Part shown: positions 29,054 through 38,648 of the stretch, in pieces
Numbering within the stretch: position 1 is the stretch's first letter
Layout: each line of letters starts with the position of its first letter
Assembly: GCA_963748625.1 (NCBI GenBank)
Contig: CAVVJT010000010.1
Coordinates: 416,001-480,000, forward strand
DNA from: an uncultured Chloroflexia bacterium
GTDB taxonomy: Bacteria > Chloroflexota > Limnocylindria > Limnocylindrales > CSP1-4
DNA: 64,000 nucleotides
Reading direction: 5' to 3'
Notes under the pieces: model-generated
The model's database searches: none
Seen by the model: only the letters and a program-made list of their open reading frames with translations
Told to the model about the DNA's origin: nothing
Position numbers and translations under genes: made by a program

Positions 29054-30571
29054 CTAGGCGGCTGGGGCGACCATGGGGGTCGCGGCCTCGAGCACCTTCT
29101 CCTGGGTGGCTTCGGCGCGGTTGAACTCCGCGGTGATCCGGCCACCGGCCATGACCAGCACGCGGTCGCTCATGCCGAGGATCTCCGGCATCTCGGACGA
29201 CACCATCAGGATCGCCTTGCCCTCCCGGGCGAGACCCGACATCAGGCGGTGGATCTCGGCCTTGGCGCCAACGTCGATGCCGCGGGTGGGCTCGTCGATC
29301 ATGAGAATGTCGGGCAGCGTCAGGAGCCACCGGGACACGAGCACCTTCTGCTGGTTGCCGCCCGAGAGGTTCCTGACAAGCTGGCCCAGGCTGGGCGTCT
29401 TGATGGACAACGCGTCCTTCTGGCCCTCGCAGGCGGCCTCGATCCTGCCTTTGCGCACGATCCAGCCGGGACTGTACTGGGGCAGGCTGGCCATGATCAT
29501 GTTGTCGCGCACCGACAGCACGCCCATGATCCCGGTCAGCTTGCGGTCCTCGGTGAGCAGGCCCATCCCAGCCCCGATCGCGTCGGACGGGCTCTTGATC
29601 GAGATTTCCTTGCCGCTGATCGAGATCGTGCCGGCGTCGGCCTTGTAGATGCCGAACAGCGTTTCGAGGACTTCGGTCCTGCCGGCGCCCATCAGGCCCG
29701 CCAGCCCCAGGATCTCCCCCTTGCGCAGGTCGAAGCTGATGTCCGCGATGACGCCGGTGCGGGTGAGGCCGCGCACGGACATGATCACGTCACCGATCTC
29801 CACCTCCTCCTTGGGGAACATGTGGGTGAGCTCGCGGCCCACCATCAGCGAGATCAGCTTCTGGCGGTCCAGCTCCGCCGCCGGAAGGGTCGCGACATGC
29901 TTGCCGTCCCGGAACACGGTGACGAAGTCCGCGATCTTGAAGACCTCGTCCATCTTGTGCGTGATGTAGATGACCGCAACCCCAGTCGCCTTGAGCGAGG
30001 CGATCATCCGGTGGAGATGGTCGACCTCGCGCTCCGTGATGGCAGAGGTCGGCTCGTCCATGATGATCAGGCGGGCATCAGTGGAGATGGCCTTCGCGAT
30101 CTCCACCATCTGCATCTGGGCGACCGAGAGGCTCTTCATCACCCGCTTGGGGTTGACGTCGATGGACCAGCGGTCGAAGACCTCCTGGGCCATCCGGGTC
30201 ATCTTGCCGTGGTCCACCAGGCCCAGCCGGTTCTTCGGCTCGCGCCCGAGGTAGATGTTCTCGGCCACGGTCATGGCCGGGACGGGCGAGAGCTCCTGGT
30301 GGATCATCGCGATGCCGTTGGCCAGCGCAGTGGAGCTGTCCGGGATGGTGACCTGCTGCCCCGCGAGCTCGATCGTGCCGCTGTCCGCACGGTAGATGCC
30401 CGCCAGGACCTTCATGAGCGTCGACTTGCCGGCGCCGTTCTCGCCCATCAGCGCGTGGACGGTGCCCGCCTCAGCCACGAGGTGGACGTCGTCGAGCGCC
30501 TGGACTCCGGGGAACGACTTCGAGATCCCCGTCATGCGGAGGAGTACGTCCTCAGCCATTCGCTGCCTCAC
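29054..30571 (-). CDS. Sugar ABC transporter ATP-binding protein (RbsA/IatA-like, two NBDs)
   Basis: [34 protein letters not shown]. Confidence 0.96.
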   Translation of the reverse strand: MRQRMAEDVLLRMTGISKSFPGVQALDDVHLVAEAGTVHALMGENGAGKSTLMKVLAGIYRADSGTIELAGQQVTIPDSSTALANGIAMIHQELSPVPAMTVAENIYLGREPKNRLGLVDHGKMTRMAQEVFDRWSIDVNPKRVMKSLSVAQMQMVEIAKAISTDARLIIMDEPTSAITEREVDHLHRMIASLKATGVAVIYITHKMDEVFKIADFVTVFRDGKHVATLPAAELDRQKLISLMVGRELTHMFPKEEVEIGDVIMSVRGLTRTGVIADISFDLRKGEILGLAGLMGAGRTEVLETLFGIYKADAGTISISGKEISIKSPSDAIGAGMGLLTEDRKLTGIMGVLSVRDNMIMASLPQYSPGWIVRKGRIEAACEGQKDALSIKTPSLGQLVRNLSGGNQQKVLVSRWLLTLPDILMIDEPTRGIDVGAKAEIHRLMSGLAREGKAILMVSSEMPEILGMSDRVLVMAGGRITAEFNRAEATQEKVLEAATPMVAPAA

Positions 30572-30625
30572 CCTGCGTCACGTGCGACCTCTCCGTCCCC
30601 TTCTCCCGGGAGTTTCCACCCCTGG

Positions 30626-30667
30626 AAACAATAAGGCCCGGAGGCCCAGCGAACCGGGCCTCCGAGC
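30626..30667 (-). terminator. Hairpin plus U-rich tail after the binding-protein gene
   Basis: GCCCGGAGGCCC...GGGCCTCCGAGC followed on the minus strand by CTTATTGTTT. Confidence 0.6.
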
Positions 30668-30724
30668 ACTCACATGTGCGAGTCGCAATCCCGGGGCGAC
30701 GGAGCCGACCCGGGACGCCGCTTC

Positions 30725-31749
30725 CTAGTTCGCGCCGAGGAAGTCGTTGATGTTCTCGGGGGTCACGAGGACGTAGGGGATGTCCACGTAGTCCGGAACC
30801 TCGGTGCCGGCCAGGAGGTCGACAGCGGCCTGGACGCCACCGGCGCCCTGGCCCTTGGCATCCTGGAAGACGGTGACCTCGAGCTCGCCGGCCTGCATGG
30901 CGGCGAGGGCCTCGGAGGTGGCGTCAACGCCGCCGACGAAGACCTTGTCGAGCAGGTTCGCGGCCTTCAGCGCGTTGATGGCGCCGAGCGCCATCTCGTC
31001 GTTGTTGGCGCAGACGACCATGCCTTCCTTGAGGGTGCCGCTCTGGATCCAGTTCTCGGTGATGGCCTGGCCCTTGGCGCGGTCCCACTCGCCGGACTGG
31101 GTGGCGACGACCTTCATGCCTGCGGCAGTGGCCTTCTCGTTGCAGCCCTGGGTCCGGAGGACGGCGGCCTCGTTGGTGACCTGGCCCTGGAGGATGACGA
31201 CGTCACCCTTGTTGCCGGCGAGCTTGGCAAGCTCCTCCATCTCGACCTGGCCCGCGTACAGGGAGTCAGAGCCCACGTACGGCACGCCCGCGATGGACGG
31301 GTTGCGGTTGACGAAGACGATCGGGATGTTCGCGGCCTTGGCGGCGTCAGCCATGGGCTGCGCGGCGCTGGTGTCGACCGGGACCACGATGATCGCGTTG
31401 ACGCCCTGCGTGACGAAGTTCTCGACCTGGCTGAGCTGGGCTTGGCGGTGTCGTCCTGGGCGTCGACGATGTTGACCTTGACGCCGAGCTCGTCAGCCTT
31501 GACCTGCATGCCGTCCTGGACGCGGCTCAGGAAGGTGTCGCTGTTGGGGAACGCGACGCCGATCGTGACGTCGCCGGTGGCCGGAGCCTCGGTGGCCATC
31601 GGGGCCTCGGTGGCCATCGGGGCCTCGGTGGCTGCGGGTGCGTCGGTGGCTGCCGGGGCCGTGGTGGCCGTGGTGCCGCCGCACGCGCTCAGGATCATCG
31701 CGCCAGCGACCATGAGGCCGGCCAGGCGCGCAGTCCGAGTAAGGTCCAT
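30725..31749 (-). CDS. Sugar (inositol-type) ABC substrate-binding lipoprotein; frameshift ~31440
   Basis: Lipobox ILSAC, ATEAPM linker repeats, DTFL, VNR, ANNDEMALGA, VDA, TVFQDAKGQG. Confidence 0.88.
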
Positions 31750-31840
31750 GTGTTCTCTTCTCCTCCGCCGATGTGGCTTGACGATTCCGCGGTGCGCCGG
31801 GCCCCTGATGTCCCTCTGGGGCATGGTCGCGTTTAACCGC

Positions 31841-31868
31841 GTAATCGATTGCGCACTGTAACGGTTGA
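31841..31868. promoter_or_regulatory. LacI-type operator(s) upstream of the ABC operon
   Basis: GTAATCGATTGC (31841) and TGTAACGGTTGA (31857). Confidence 0.7.
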
Positions 31869-32180
31869 GCCGGGCGCCGTCAACCCCATTTCGACACCAA
31901 TGCGCTTCTTGACGACAACTGGCTCGATTCGGGGATGGTGAGGTCGCCCACCGTGGGTGCCACCCCAGCATGCCAGAACGGGCGGGAACCGTCGCGCGGC
32001 CGGCCTCAGCGGGCGCGGCATCACTTGCCGGTCGGCGAGGGGCCGGCCCCGAGCGGCGTCGCACGCCCGGTGCGAATGCCGATCGAGCAGTCGATGGGGG
32101 TGCGTGGCGGCCGCGCGGGCCACCAGGTCGTACGACATGGTGCCGAACGGACCTGCGGGGGTTGCGTCGGCCCATTACCA

Positions 32181-32193
32181 TGTAATCGGTTAC
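32181..32193. promoter_or_regulatory. LacI-type operator upstream of iolG
   Basis: TGTAATCGGTTAC. Confidence 0.7.
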
Positions 32194-32237
32194 TCCGCTG
32201 GAACCGTGCAGCGCGTCGTCCGACGCAGGAGAAGCAG

Positions 32238-33230
32238 ATGGTCCGTATCGCAATGCTCGGCGCCGGCCGCGTCGGTCAGGTCCACGCCCGATCCATCTAC
32301 GACACGACGGGCGCCGAGCTCGCCCTGGTCGTCGACCCGATCGAGGCCGCCGCCACGGCGCTCGCCGGGACCTACGGTGTCCCCTCCAGCCTCGACGTCC
32401 AGGACGCGTTCGAGGATGCCTCGATCGACGCGGTCGTCGTGGGCACGCCCACCAACACGCACACCGAGATGCTCGAGCGCGCGGTCGCCGCCGGCAAGAA
32501 GGTGCTGCTCGAGAAGCCGATCGACCTCGACATGGGCAAGATCGACGCCACCTGGGCGCGGATCGCGGACAAGGCGCCGTTCGTCATGCTCGGCTTCAAC
32601 CGCCGCTTCGACCCGTCCTTCCGTGAGGTCGCGATGCGCCACAAGGCCGGCGAGATCGGCCCGGTCCGCGCGCTGCGCATCACCTCGCGCGACCCGCAGC
32701 CCCCGCCCGCCGCGTACCTGTCGATCTCCGGCGGCATGTTCAAGGACATGACCATCCACGACTTCGACATGGCCCGCTTCCAGCTGGGCGACTTCGTCGA
32801 GGTCCAGGCGATGACCTCCACGAATGGCCTCGAGGCGTTCGAGCAGGCCAACGACCACGCGCAGGCGATGATCGTCATGCGCGCCGCGTCCGGCGCCCTG
32901 TGCACGATCGTGAACTCGCGGTCCTGCGCGTACGGCTACGACCAGCGCCTGGAGGCGTTCGGTGACCTCGGGTCGCTCGAGGCCGGCAACTGGACGGCGA
33001 CCACCGTCCGCGCCGCGTCCGCGAGCCGGACCGAGGCCGCGGGCCCCATCCTCAACTTCTTCCTCGAGCGCTACATGCCGGCGTTCAAGAACGAGATGGC
33101 CGAGTTCGTGGCCGCGATCACCGAGGATCGCGAGCCGGCGGTCGGCTTCGCCGACGGGCGCGCCGCCCTGGTCCTCGCCGAGGCCGCCGCCGAGTCCGTC
33201 GCCAAGGGCGCCGCGGTCAAGATCGGCTGA
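32238..33230 (+). CDS. iolG: Inositol 2-dehydrogenase
   Basis: GAGRVG, EKP, GFNRRFDP, ITSRDP, DMTIHDFD, YGYDQRLE, FFLERY; AGGAG RBS. Confidence 0.88.
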   Translation: MVRIAMLGAGRVGQVHARSIYDTTGAELALVVDPIEAAATALAGTYGVPSSLDVQDAFEDASIDAVVVGTPTNTHTEMLERAVAAGKKVLLEKPIDLDMGKIDATWARIADKAPFVMLGFNRRFDPSFREVAMRHKAGEIGPVRALRITSRDPQPPPAAYLSISGGMFKDMTIHDFDMARFQLGDFVEVQAMTSTNGLEAFEQANDHAQAMIVMRAASGALCTIVNSRSCAYGYDQRLEAFGDLGSLEAGNWTATTVRAASASRTEAAGPILNFFLERYMPAFKNEMAEFVAAITEDREPAVGFADGRAALVLAEAAAESVAKGAAVKIG

Positions 33231-33336
33231 TCGCCCGCTCGTTCTCGCCCGCTAACACAGAAGTCCGCCCGGCAGACCACCGGGCGGGCTCCATCGTTCC
33301 TGCAGGCGGCGTGAGACGTCGGTCCTCGCCGCGAAG

Positions 33337-33445
33337 CCCCAACCATGGGGCGTCCTGGAATCTTCCCCGAGGAGATCGACCTCACGACTGTCGCTTCGAG
33401 GGCTGAGGCACGAGGGCGAGGGGCAAGTTCACCCCATGGTTGGGG
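33337..33445 (+). repeat. Family A 109-bp element, copy 2 (downstream of the HTH-nuclease gene)
   Basis: Perfect 14-bp terminal inverted repeat CCCCAACCATGGGG / CCCCATGGTTGGGG; TGAGGCACGAGGGC at offset 67. Confidence 0.8.
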
Positions 33446-33550
33446 GAAGTGCGGGCGGTGCGAGGCCCGGGGGAAGTGCGGGCGGTGCGAGGCCCGGGCC
33501 AGTGCGGGCGGTGCGAGGCCCGGGCCGGGGGGCGGTGCGAGGCCCGGGGC
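33442..33550. repeat. Degenerate tandem repeat (4x GGGCGGTGCGAGGCCCGGG core) abutting element A2
   Basis: Units of ~24-27 bp seen directly. Confidence 0.8.
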
Positions 33551-33610
33551 CGGGGCGGGGCCCCGGGGGGACCCGGGGGCGGTGCGGTCGTCAGGGGCAG
33601 CCTGGCGCGT

Positions 33611-34423
33611 TCAGAGGGATCGCAGCAGCCTGGCTGCGGCGTCTGCGTATCCCTCGTAGGCGGGCCTGCGCCGGACACTCCCGAGGATCGGTTGACGAAG
33701 CCAGTTGGCGCCGCGCGAGCCCGGGTCGACCATGGCGAGGGTCCATCCGCGCGGTCTCGGCGCCCGGGAATCCCGGATCCACGCGTCGAGGTCGCGGACG
33801 TCACCCGGAAAGGCGTTCCGAACCGTGTCCCGGTTGTCCGCGAGGCGCCGGGCGAGCACTGCGGTGTCGAGCGCCAGCACAACCACGGTCACGGATCGCA
33901 CGTCCCATCCGTTCGCCCGAGCGACGGCCCATGCCTCCCGTGCGTAGAACGCCAGGCTCCTCTGCAGGTCGCCCATGTCCGGGATGTCGGTCTTCGTCTC
34001 GTCCACCAGCAGCGCCTTGTCCGCCGCGCGATACCCGAGGAGGTCGATCCATCCGCGGGGCCGATCCTCCCCGATCGGGACCTCGAGGTCCGTCTCCCAG
34101 CCAGATGCGGTCAGCCGACGTGCTCCGTAGCCGTTGACCACCGCGTGCACGCCGTCCCGCTGGCGGACCCTGTCGTCGAGATGCCGGTCCTGCACAGACA
34201 GGCTTCCTCGGAGGCCAAGCGCGGCGAACACGCGCTCGACCACCGCGAGGTCGATGTGGTCGGCCTTTCCGTGCTCCAGGCGCCAGATCGTCCCGTTCGA
34301 CGTGGCCGCGCGGCGGGCCAGCTCATCCTGGCTGATGCCGACCAGCAGCCGGCCGCGCCTGAGCAGCGCTGCCAGCCATGGGCCGAGCGTGGCCGTCGTG
34401 AGGTCGACCGAGGTGTCCTGCAT
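33611..34423 (-). CDS. XRE-type HTH fused to a PD-(D/E)xK nuclease-like domain (270 aa)
   Basis: R...GISQDELARRAATSNGTIWRLEHG HTH; GWETDLEVP...GWIDLL...LLVDETK nuclease motifs; C-terminal part of ORF 33611..35737; probably leaderless. Confidence 0.75.
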   Translation of the reverse strand: MQDTSVDLTTATLGPWLAALLRRGRLLVGISQDELARRAATSNGTIWRLEHGKADHIDLAVVERVFAALGLRGSLSVQDRHLDDRVRQRDGVHAVVNGYGARRLTASGWETDLEVPIGEDRPRGWIDLLGYRAADKALLVDETKTDIPDMGDLQRSLAFYAREAWAVARANGWDVRSVTVVVLALDTAVLARRLADNRDTVRNAFPGDVRDLDAWIRDSRAPRPRGWTLAMVDPGSRGANWLRQPILGSVRRRPAYEGYADAAARLLRSL

Positions 34424-34491
34424 GGAGCAGGTGTAGCAGCGTCCGCTTATGCGCGGCTCAACCCGTCTCCCGGGCACGAGCCGCCGGGGTG

Positions 34492-34600
34492 CCCCAGCAT
34501 TGGGGCGTTCCGGCCATCTCCGCTCAGGGCTCACCTGCCCAAAGGTCGATCCGGGGGTTGAGCCACGAGGGCGGCTGGCGAATCCGCCCCATGATTGGGG
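34492..34600 (+). repeat. Family A 109-bp element, copy 3 (upstream of the HTH-nuclease gene)
   Basis: CCCCAGCATTGGGG...GATCCGGGGGTTGAGCCACGAGGGC (identical to copy 1)...CCCCATGATTGGGG. Confidence 0.85.
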
Positions 34601-34656
34601 CGGCGAGCTGTGCGTTGGCGGTGCGTTGGCGGTGTTGGAAGCGCGGGCCTGGAGGC

Positions 34657-35778
34657 TCAGCCCCCGTCGGCGACGATCTCCTTGATCTCCACGCGGCGCC
34701 CCTCGCGGGCGCTGCGATCGGCCGCCTCGAGCACCCGCTGGACAGCCAGGCCGTCCGCGAAGTCCGGCGAGGCGGGCCGGCCCTCTGCGACCGCGGTCAC
34801 GAAGGCGCGCTGCATGGTTTCCTGGGTGCGGAAGACGTCGCGGTACGTGTTGTGGACCGTGTCCCGCCGGGCACCTGCCCAGATGTGGTCCGGGATCGGC
34901 AGCTCGCGCGGGTCCGTCTCGTCGGCCCGGCAGCCCTCGACCCGCTGGATCGTTCGCCAGTCGCACATCGCCCGTAGCGTTCCCCCGGACCCGTGGAGGT
35001 CCAACTCGTGGCGCTGCCCGAACGGCCCGGGCTCGTGCGCCAGCGACGTCAGGTGCAGCGACCCCGTCGCCCCGTTCTCGAACTCGAGCAGCAGGATCGC
35101 CGCGTCGTCGGCCGCCTCGAACGGCGCACCGTCGGGGCGCGGGTCGCGCGGGACCAGGTGGCTGTAGACGGCGCTCACCGCCCGGATCTCGCCGAAGTAC
35201 CAGCGGGCCATGTAGACCCAGTGCGACCCGAGGTCGCCCAGGATCCCCGAGCCCGCCTCCCCCACGTCGAAACGCCACGCGTAGGCACCCGACCGCCCGA
35301 ACCCGGTGTAGTAGCGCAGGTTGAGGTGGTACGGCTGGCCGATCCAGCCCTCGTCCATCAGCTCCTTCATGTAGTGGTTGGCCGGCATGAACCGGTACGT
35401 GAAGGGCGCCATCGTCGTCACGCCGGCCTTCTCGGCGGCCTCGGTCATCTCCCGGGCCTCGCGCGCGGTCAGGCCCAGCGGCTTCTCGCACAGGACGGCG
35501 AGACCGCGCTCGAGGGCGGCCATCGTCGTCGCGTGGTGGGTCTTGTTGGGCGTGAGCACGAGCAGCGCGTCGAGTTCCTCCGCGTCGAGCATCTCCTCGA
35601 GCGAGTCGTACGCACGCGGGATGTTCCAGGTGCGGGCGAACTCCCGCGTGTGCTCGCCACGTGACCCACCCACGACACAGCGGATGTCGGCGAGCGGGTG
35701 GCCGGCGATGGCCGGCAGGTACATCGCGTCGGCCCACCAGCTCGTGCCGGCGATCCCGATCCTGACCTTGTCCATCAT
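34657..35778 (-). CDS. Gfo/Idh/MocA oxidoreductase
   Basis: CEKPL, FTYRFMP, DLGSH, PDFADG. Confidence 0.9.
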   Translation of the reverse strand: MMDKVRIGIAGTSWWADAMYLPAIAGHPLADIRCVVGGSRGEHTREFARTWNIPRAYDSLEEMLDAEELDALLVLTPNKTHHATTMAALERGLAVLCEKPLGLTAREAREMTEAAEKAGVTTMAPFTYRFMPANHYMKELMDEGWIGQPYHLNLRYYTGFGRSGAYAWRFDVGEAGSGILGDLGSHWVYMARWYFGEIRAVSAVYSHLVPRDPRPDGAPFEAADDAAILLLEFENGATGSLHLTSLAHEPGPFGQRHELDLHGSGGTLRAMCDWRTIQRVEGCRADETDPRELPIPDHIWAGARRDTVHNTYRDVFRTQETMQRAFVTAVAEGRPASPDFADGLAVQRVLEAADRSAREGRRVEIKEIVADGG

Positions 35779-35804
35779 CGGCCTCCCTCGTCGCCCGTCA
35801 GCCG

Positions 35805-36704
35805 TCAGAGGCCGATCGAGCGGAGATACTCCCGGTTGCGGCGGGCGCTCTCCTTGGGGTTGCCCATGCCCGGCAGGATGTCCTGCTCCACCACGATCCA
35901 TCCGTCGTAGCCCGTCTCCTCGAGCGCTGCGAGCACGCCCGGGAAGTCCACGGATCCCTTGCCCAACTCGCAGAACACGCCGTGCCCCGTGGACTCCAGG
36001 CCGTGCCAGCCCTCCCGTCGCGACTGCTCCATCACGGCCGGGTCGGCGTCCTTGAAGTGCACGTGCCAGATCCGGTCGCCGAACTCACGGACGGCGTCGA
36101 CCGGGTTCTCGCCGGTGCCGAAGGTCCAGTGGCCGGTGTCGAGGCAGATCCCCAGCAGGTCCGGATCGGTCATGGCCATGAGGCGGCGCACCTCGGCGCC
36201 GGTCTCGATGAGCGTGCCCAGGTGCTGGTGCACGACGGTCCGGATGCCGGCCTCGTCGCGGACGCGCCGGGCGAGCCGGTTGGCCGCAGCCGCATAGACA
36301 TCCCACTGCTCGGCGGTGAGGCCAAGCTCAGGCGTGATCCGGCCGGCGTTCTGGCCGCGCGCGGGGTCGCCGTACGGGTCGTTGCCCAGCACGATCATGG
36401 TGTCGGGTCCGCCAACCTCCGCGAGGAGCTTCGCGATGCGGACCGCGTCGTCCTCGCCCTGCGCATGGCGCGCCGGGTCCTGGAGCCAGGGGGTGGAGAA
36501 CGAGGCGAGGAGCGCGAGGTTGCGGGCCGCGAGCTCGGCACGGAGGGCGTCGGGTTCGGTGGGCATGAAGCCCCAATCCCCGAGCTCGGTGCCCGCATAG
36601 CCGGTCTCGGCCATCTCATCGAGCACGCGCCGGTATCCGCCGGTGTCGCCCTCGACGTTCTCGATGACGCCCCATGAGCAGGGTGCGTTGGCGATGCGGA
36701 TCAT
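35805..36704 (-). CDS. IolE-like TIM-barrel protein
   Basis: [41 protein letters not shown]. Confidence 0.85.
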   Translation of the reverse strand: MIRIANAPCSWGVIENVEGDTGGYRRVLDEMAETGYAGTELGDWGFMPTEPDALRAELAARNLALLASFSTPWLQDPARHAQGEDDAVRIAKLLAEVGGPDTMIVLGNDPYGDPARGQNAGRITPELGLTAEQWDVYAAAANRLARRVRDEAGIRTVVHQHLGTLIETGAEVRRLMAMTDPDLLGICLDTGHWTFGTGENPVDAVREFGDRIWHVHFKDADPAVMEQSRREGWHGLESTGHGVFCELGKGSVDFPGVLAALEETGYDGWIVVEQDILPGMGNPKESARRNREYLRSIGL

Positions 36705-36708
36705 TCGA

Positions 36709-37806
36709 TCAGCTCCTTGCAGCTGTGGAAGGCTTGCGGTCGGGATCGGGCAGGATGGCGTCGCGGACCTCGACCTGCAGGTCCGCATAGGCGGCCAGGA
36801 ACTGGCGCATGGTGCGGCGCGACGCGCCGTACCCCTCGAGCTCGCCCGGGGCGAGCCCGTCAGGCTCGTAGGCGAGGCGGAACTCCGGCGAACGGTCGAG
36901 CAGCTCGCCGAGCACGGCGGCCTCGACCGGCTCATCGAGGCTGGCCTCGACCGGAAGGCCGGACGCGTTGAGGGAATGCTGCCAGGCGGGCGGAATGGTC
37001 AGGATGATGTCGCCACCGAGGAGCTGGCTCCACGCGAGGTGGTGGCGATAGGCGCCGCCCAGGAGCCGCGTCCGGTACCCGCGCTCGCGATAGATGCTGT
37101 GGGCGCGCTTGAAGACCGCGACCCCTGCCCACTCGGCACGCCCGGGCGTCAGCAGGACATCGTCGCGCTCGGCGGCCGCCTTCACCCAGTCATCGAGGCG
37201 GCCCACCATCAGCGTGCACACCGGGTGCAGGTCCACGGACAGCCCGGCAGCTGCCCGCCGGTCCAGCCCACGCTCGACCGCCTCGGCCACCGCGATCGCG
37301 CCGGCGACCGTGAAGTTGGCGGTGGCGTTGACCTCCACGCCCCGGAAGGTGGCCTCCTCGATCGCCGAGAGGCCCGCGCTCGTGACCGGCAGTTTGACCT
37401 GCATGTTGGGCCCCAGCGCGAAGAGCTCAAGCGCCTGGGCGAGCATCGCGTCGGGGTTGCGGGACAGGCGCGGATCAACCTGGGCCGAGAGGCGGCCCTG
37501 GCGGCCGCCCGTGCGCTGGTGGACGGGCTCCAGCAGGGCCGCTCCCCGTGCAGCCACCTCCTTGAGGAGGCGCCACGCGATGTCGTCCTCGGCGATCGCG
37601 GGGTCCTCGATGACGAGCTCGCGGGCGCGGGCATGCCAGAGCGCCCGCTCGGCACGGACGATGCCCAGGACGATCGGCGGGTTGGATGTCGCCCCGGTCG
37701 CGCCATTCGCCATGGCATAGGCCAGGTCGTCGGGGCCGCAAGAGTCGTTCCAGAACTCGGTCCCGGTCTCCTGGACGCCCCGCAGCAGGATCGTGGTGTC
37801 GGTCAT
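36709..37806 (-). CDS. Transaldolase-family protein (atypical)
   Basis: FWNDSC, GATSNP, QVKLP (Schiff-base Lys), MVGRLDD, GAYR; overlaps the iolB stop. Confidence 0.85.
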   Translation of the reverse strand: MTDTTILLRGVQETGTEFWNDSCGPDDLAYAMANGATGATSNPPIVLGIVRAERALWHARARELVIEDPAIAEDDIAWRLLKEVAARGAALLEPVHQRTGGRQGRLSAQVDPRLSRNPDAMLAQALELFALGPNMQVKLPVTSAGLSAIEEATFRGVEVNATANFTVAGAIAVAEAVERGLDRRAAAGLSVDLHPVCTLMVGRLDDWVKAAAERDDVLLTPGRAEWAGVAVFKRAHSIYRERGYRTRLLGGAYRHHLAWSQLLGGDIILTIPPAWQHSLNASGLPVEASLDEPVEAAVLGELLDRSPEFRLAYEPDGLAPGELEGYGASRRTMRQFLAAYADLQVEVRDAILPDPDRKPSTAARS

Positions 37807-38648
37807 CGAGCAGTCTCCCGCGGTGCCGCCGGATCCCAGTTCATGAGCCAGCGATGGTCGGGGTCCACGGTGAAGCGCCAGACGCGCTCCGGCCCGGCCA
37901 TGATGTTGAGGTACCACGTGTCGTACCCGGCCGGTGCGCCCACCACGTGGTAGCCACGCGGCACCAGGATCACGTCGAGATCCTGCGCGGTCATGGTCTC
38001 GTCGAGCGAGCGGTCCGGCGTGTAGACGCGCTGGAACGCGAAGCCCGTCGGCCGCGCGAAGCGGTAGAAGTACAGCTCCTCGAGCTGCGACTCGTTGGGC
38101 GGGTCGTCCGTGTCGTGCTTGTGGGGCGGATAGCTCGACCAGTTGCCGCCGGGCGTGTAGGCCTCCACCGCGATCAGGCGTCCGGCCTCCGCCTCGGGTG
38201 GCAGGAGGTTCTTGATCATCCGCTCGTTCGCGCCCGCGCCGCGGGTCTCCACGCGGATGGTCTCCGGCGTGACGACAGCCGTCCGGTGGACGTCACCGCC
38301 CGGCGCCGCGGCGATGGCCAGCAGGACGCGCGTCTGCGCCACCACCTCCACGCCCTCACCGGGGGCGCACAGCACCACGCCGGCGGGCGGGTCATCGAAG
38401 ACGGACGTCCGCTCCCCCACTGCGCCGAGCACAACCCCGCCGACGGTGACCACGGCGGTCCCCTCGAGCACGAGGACGAGCACCTCCCGGTCGTCCCCGG
38501 GCCGGTCCACGCGCCCGCCGGCGGCGAGCTCGTACACGTCGAAGGACGTCCACGTCCACCCGGCGTCCGCCGGGGAGAGCCGGTGGATGGCTCCCGTGGT
38601 GTCCGGCGGCGCGGCCGGACGCACGAGCTGCCCCACGGTGCGGGTCAC
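37803..38648 (-). CDS. iolB: 5-deoxy-glucuronate isomerase
   Basis: GNWSSYPPHKHD, LEELYFYRF, VPRGYH, YLNIMAGP. Confidence 0.93.
   Translation of the reverse strand: MTRTVGQLVRPAAPPDTTGAIHRLSPADAGWTWTSFDVYELAAGGRVDRPGDDREVLVLVLEGTAVVTVGGVVLGAVGERTSVFDDPPAGVVLCAPGEGVEVVAQTRVLLAIAAAPGGDVHRTAVVTPETIRVETRGAGANERMIKNLLPPEAEAGRLIAVEAYTPGGNWSSYPPHKHDTDDPPNESQLEELYFYRFARPTGFAFQRVYTPDRSLDETMTAQDLDVILVPRGYHVVGAPAGYDTWYLNIMAGPERVWRFTVDPDHRWLMNWDPAAPRETAR

Noticed and set aside
28406-30634. Long antisense ORFs (also 46622..48700, 38999..40621, 42162..43919 and similar)
   Set aside because: Shadow ORFs expected from high GC3 codon bias opposite well-supported genes.
31580-31660. 18-bp tandem repeat as a regulatory or mobile element
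   Set aside because: It encodes the ATEAPM flexible linker of the lipoprotein; ordinary.
33611-35737. 708-aa ORF as a single protein
   Set aside because: The N-terminal ~438 aa is an out-of-frame overlap of the Gfo/Idh/MocA gene and runs through repeat A3; only 33611-34423 looks coding.
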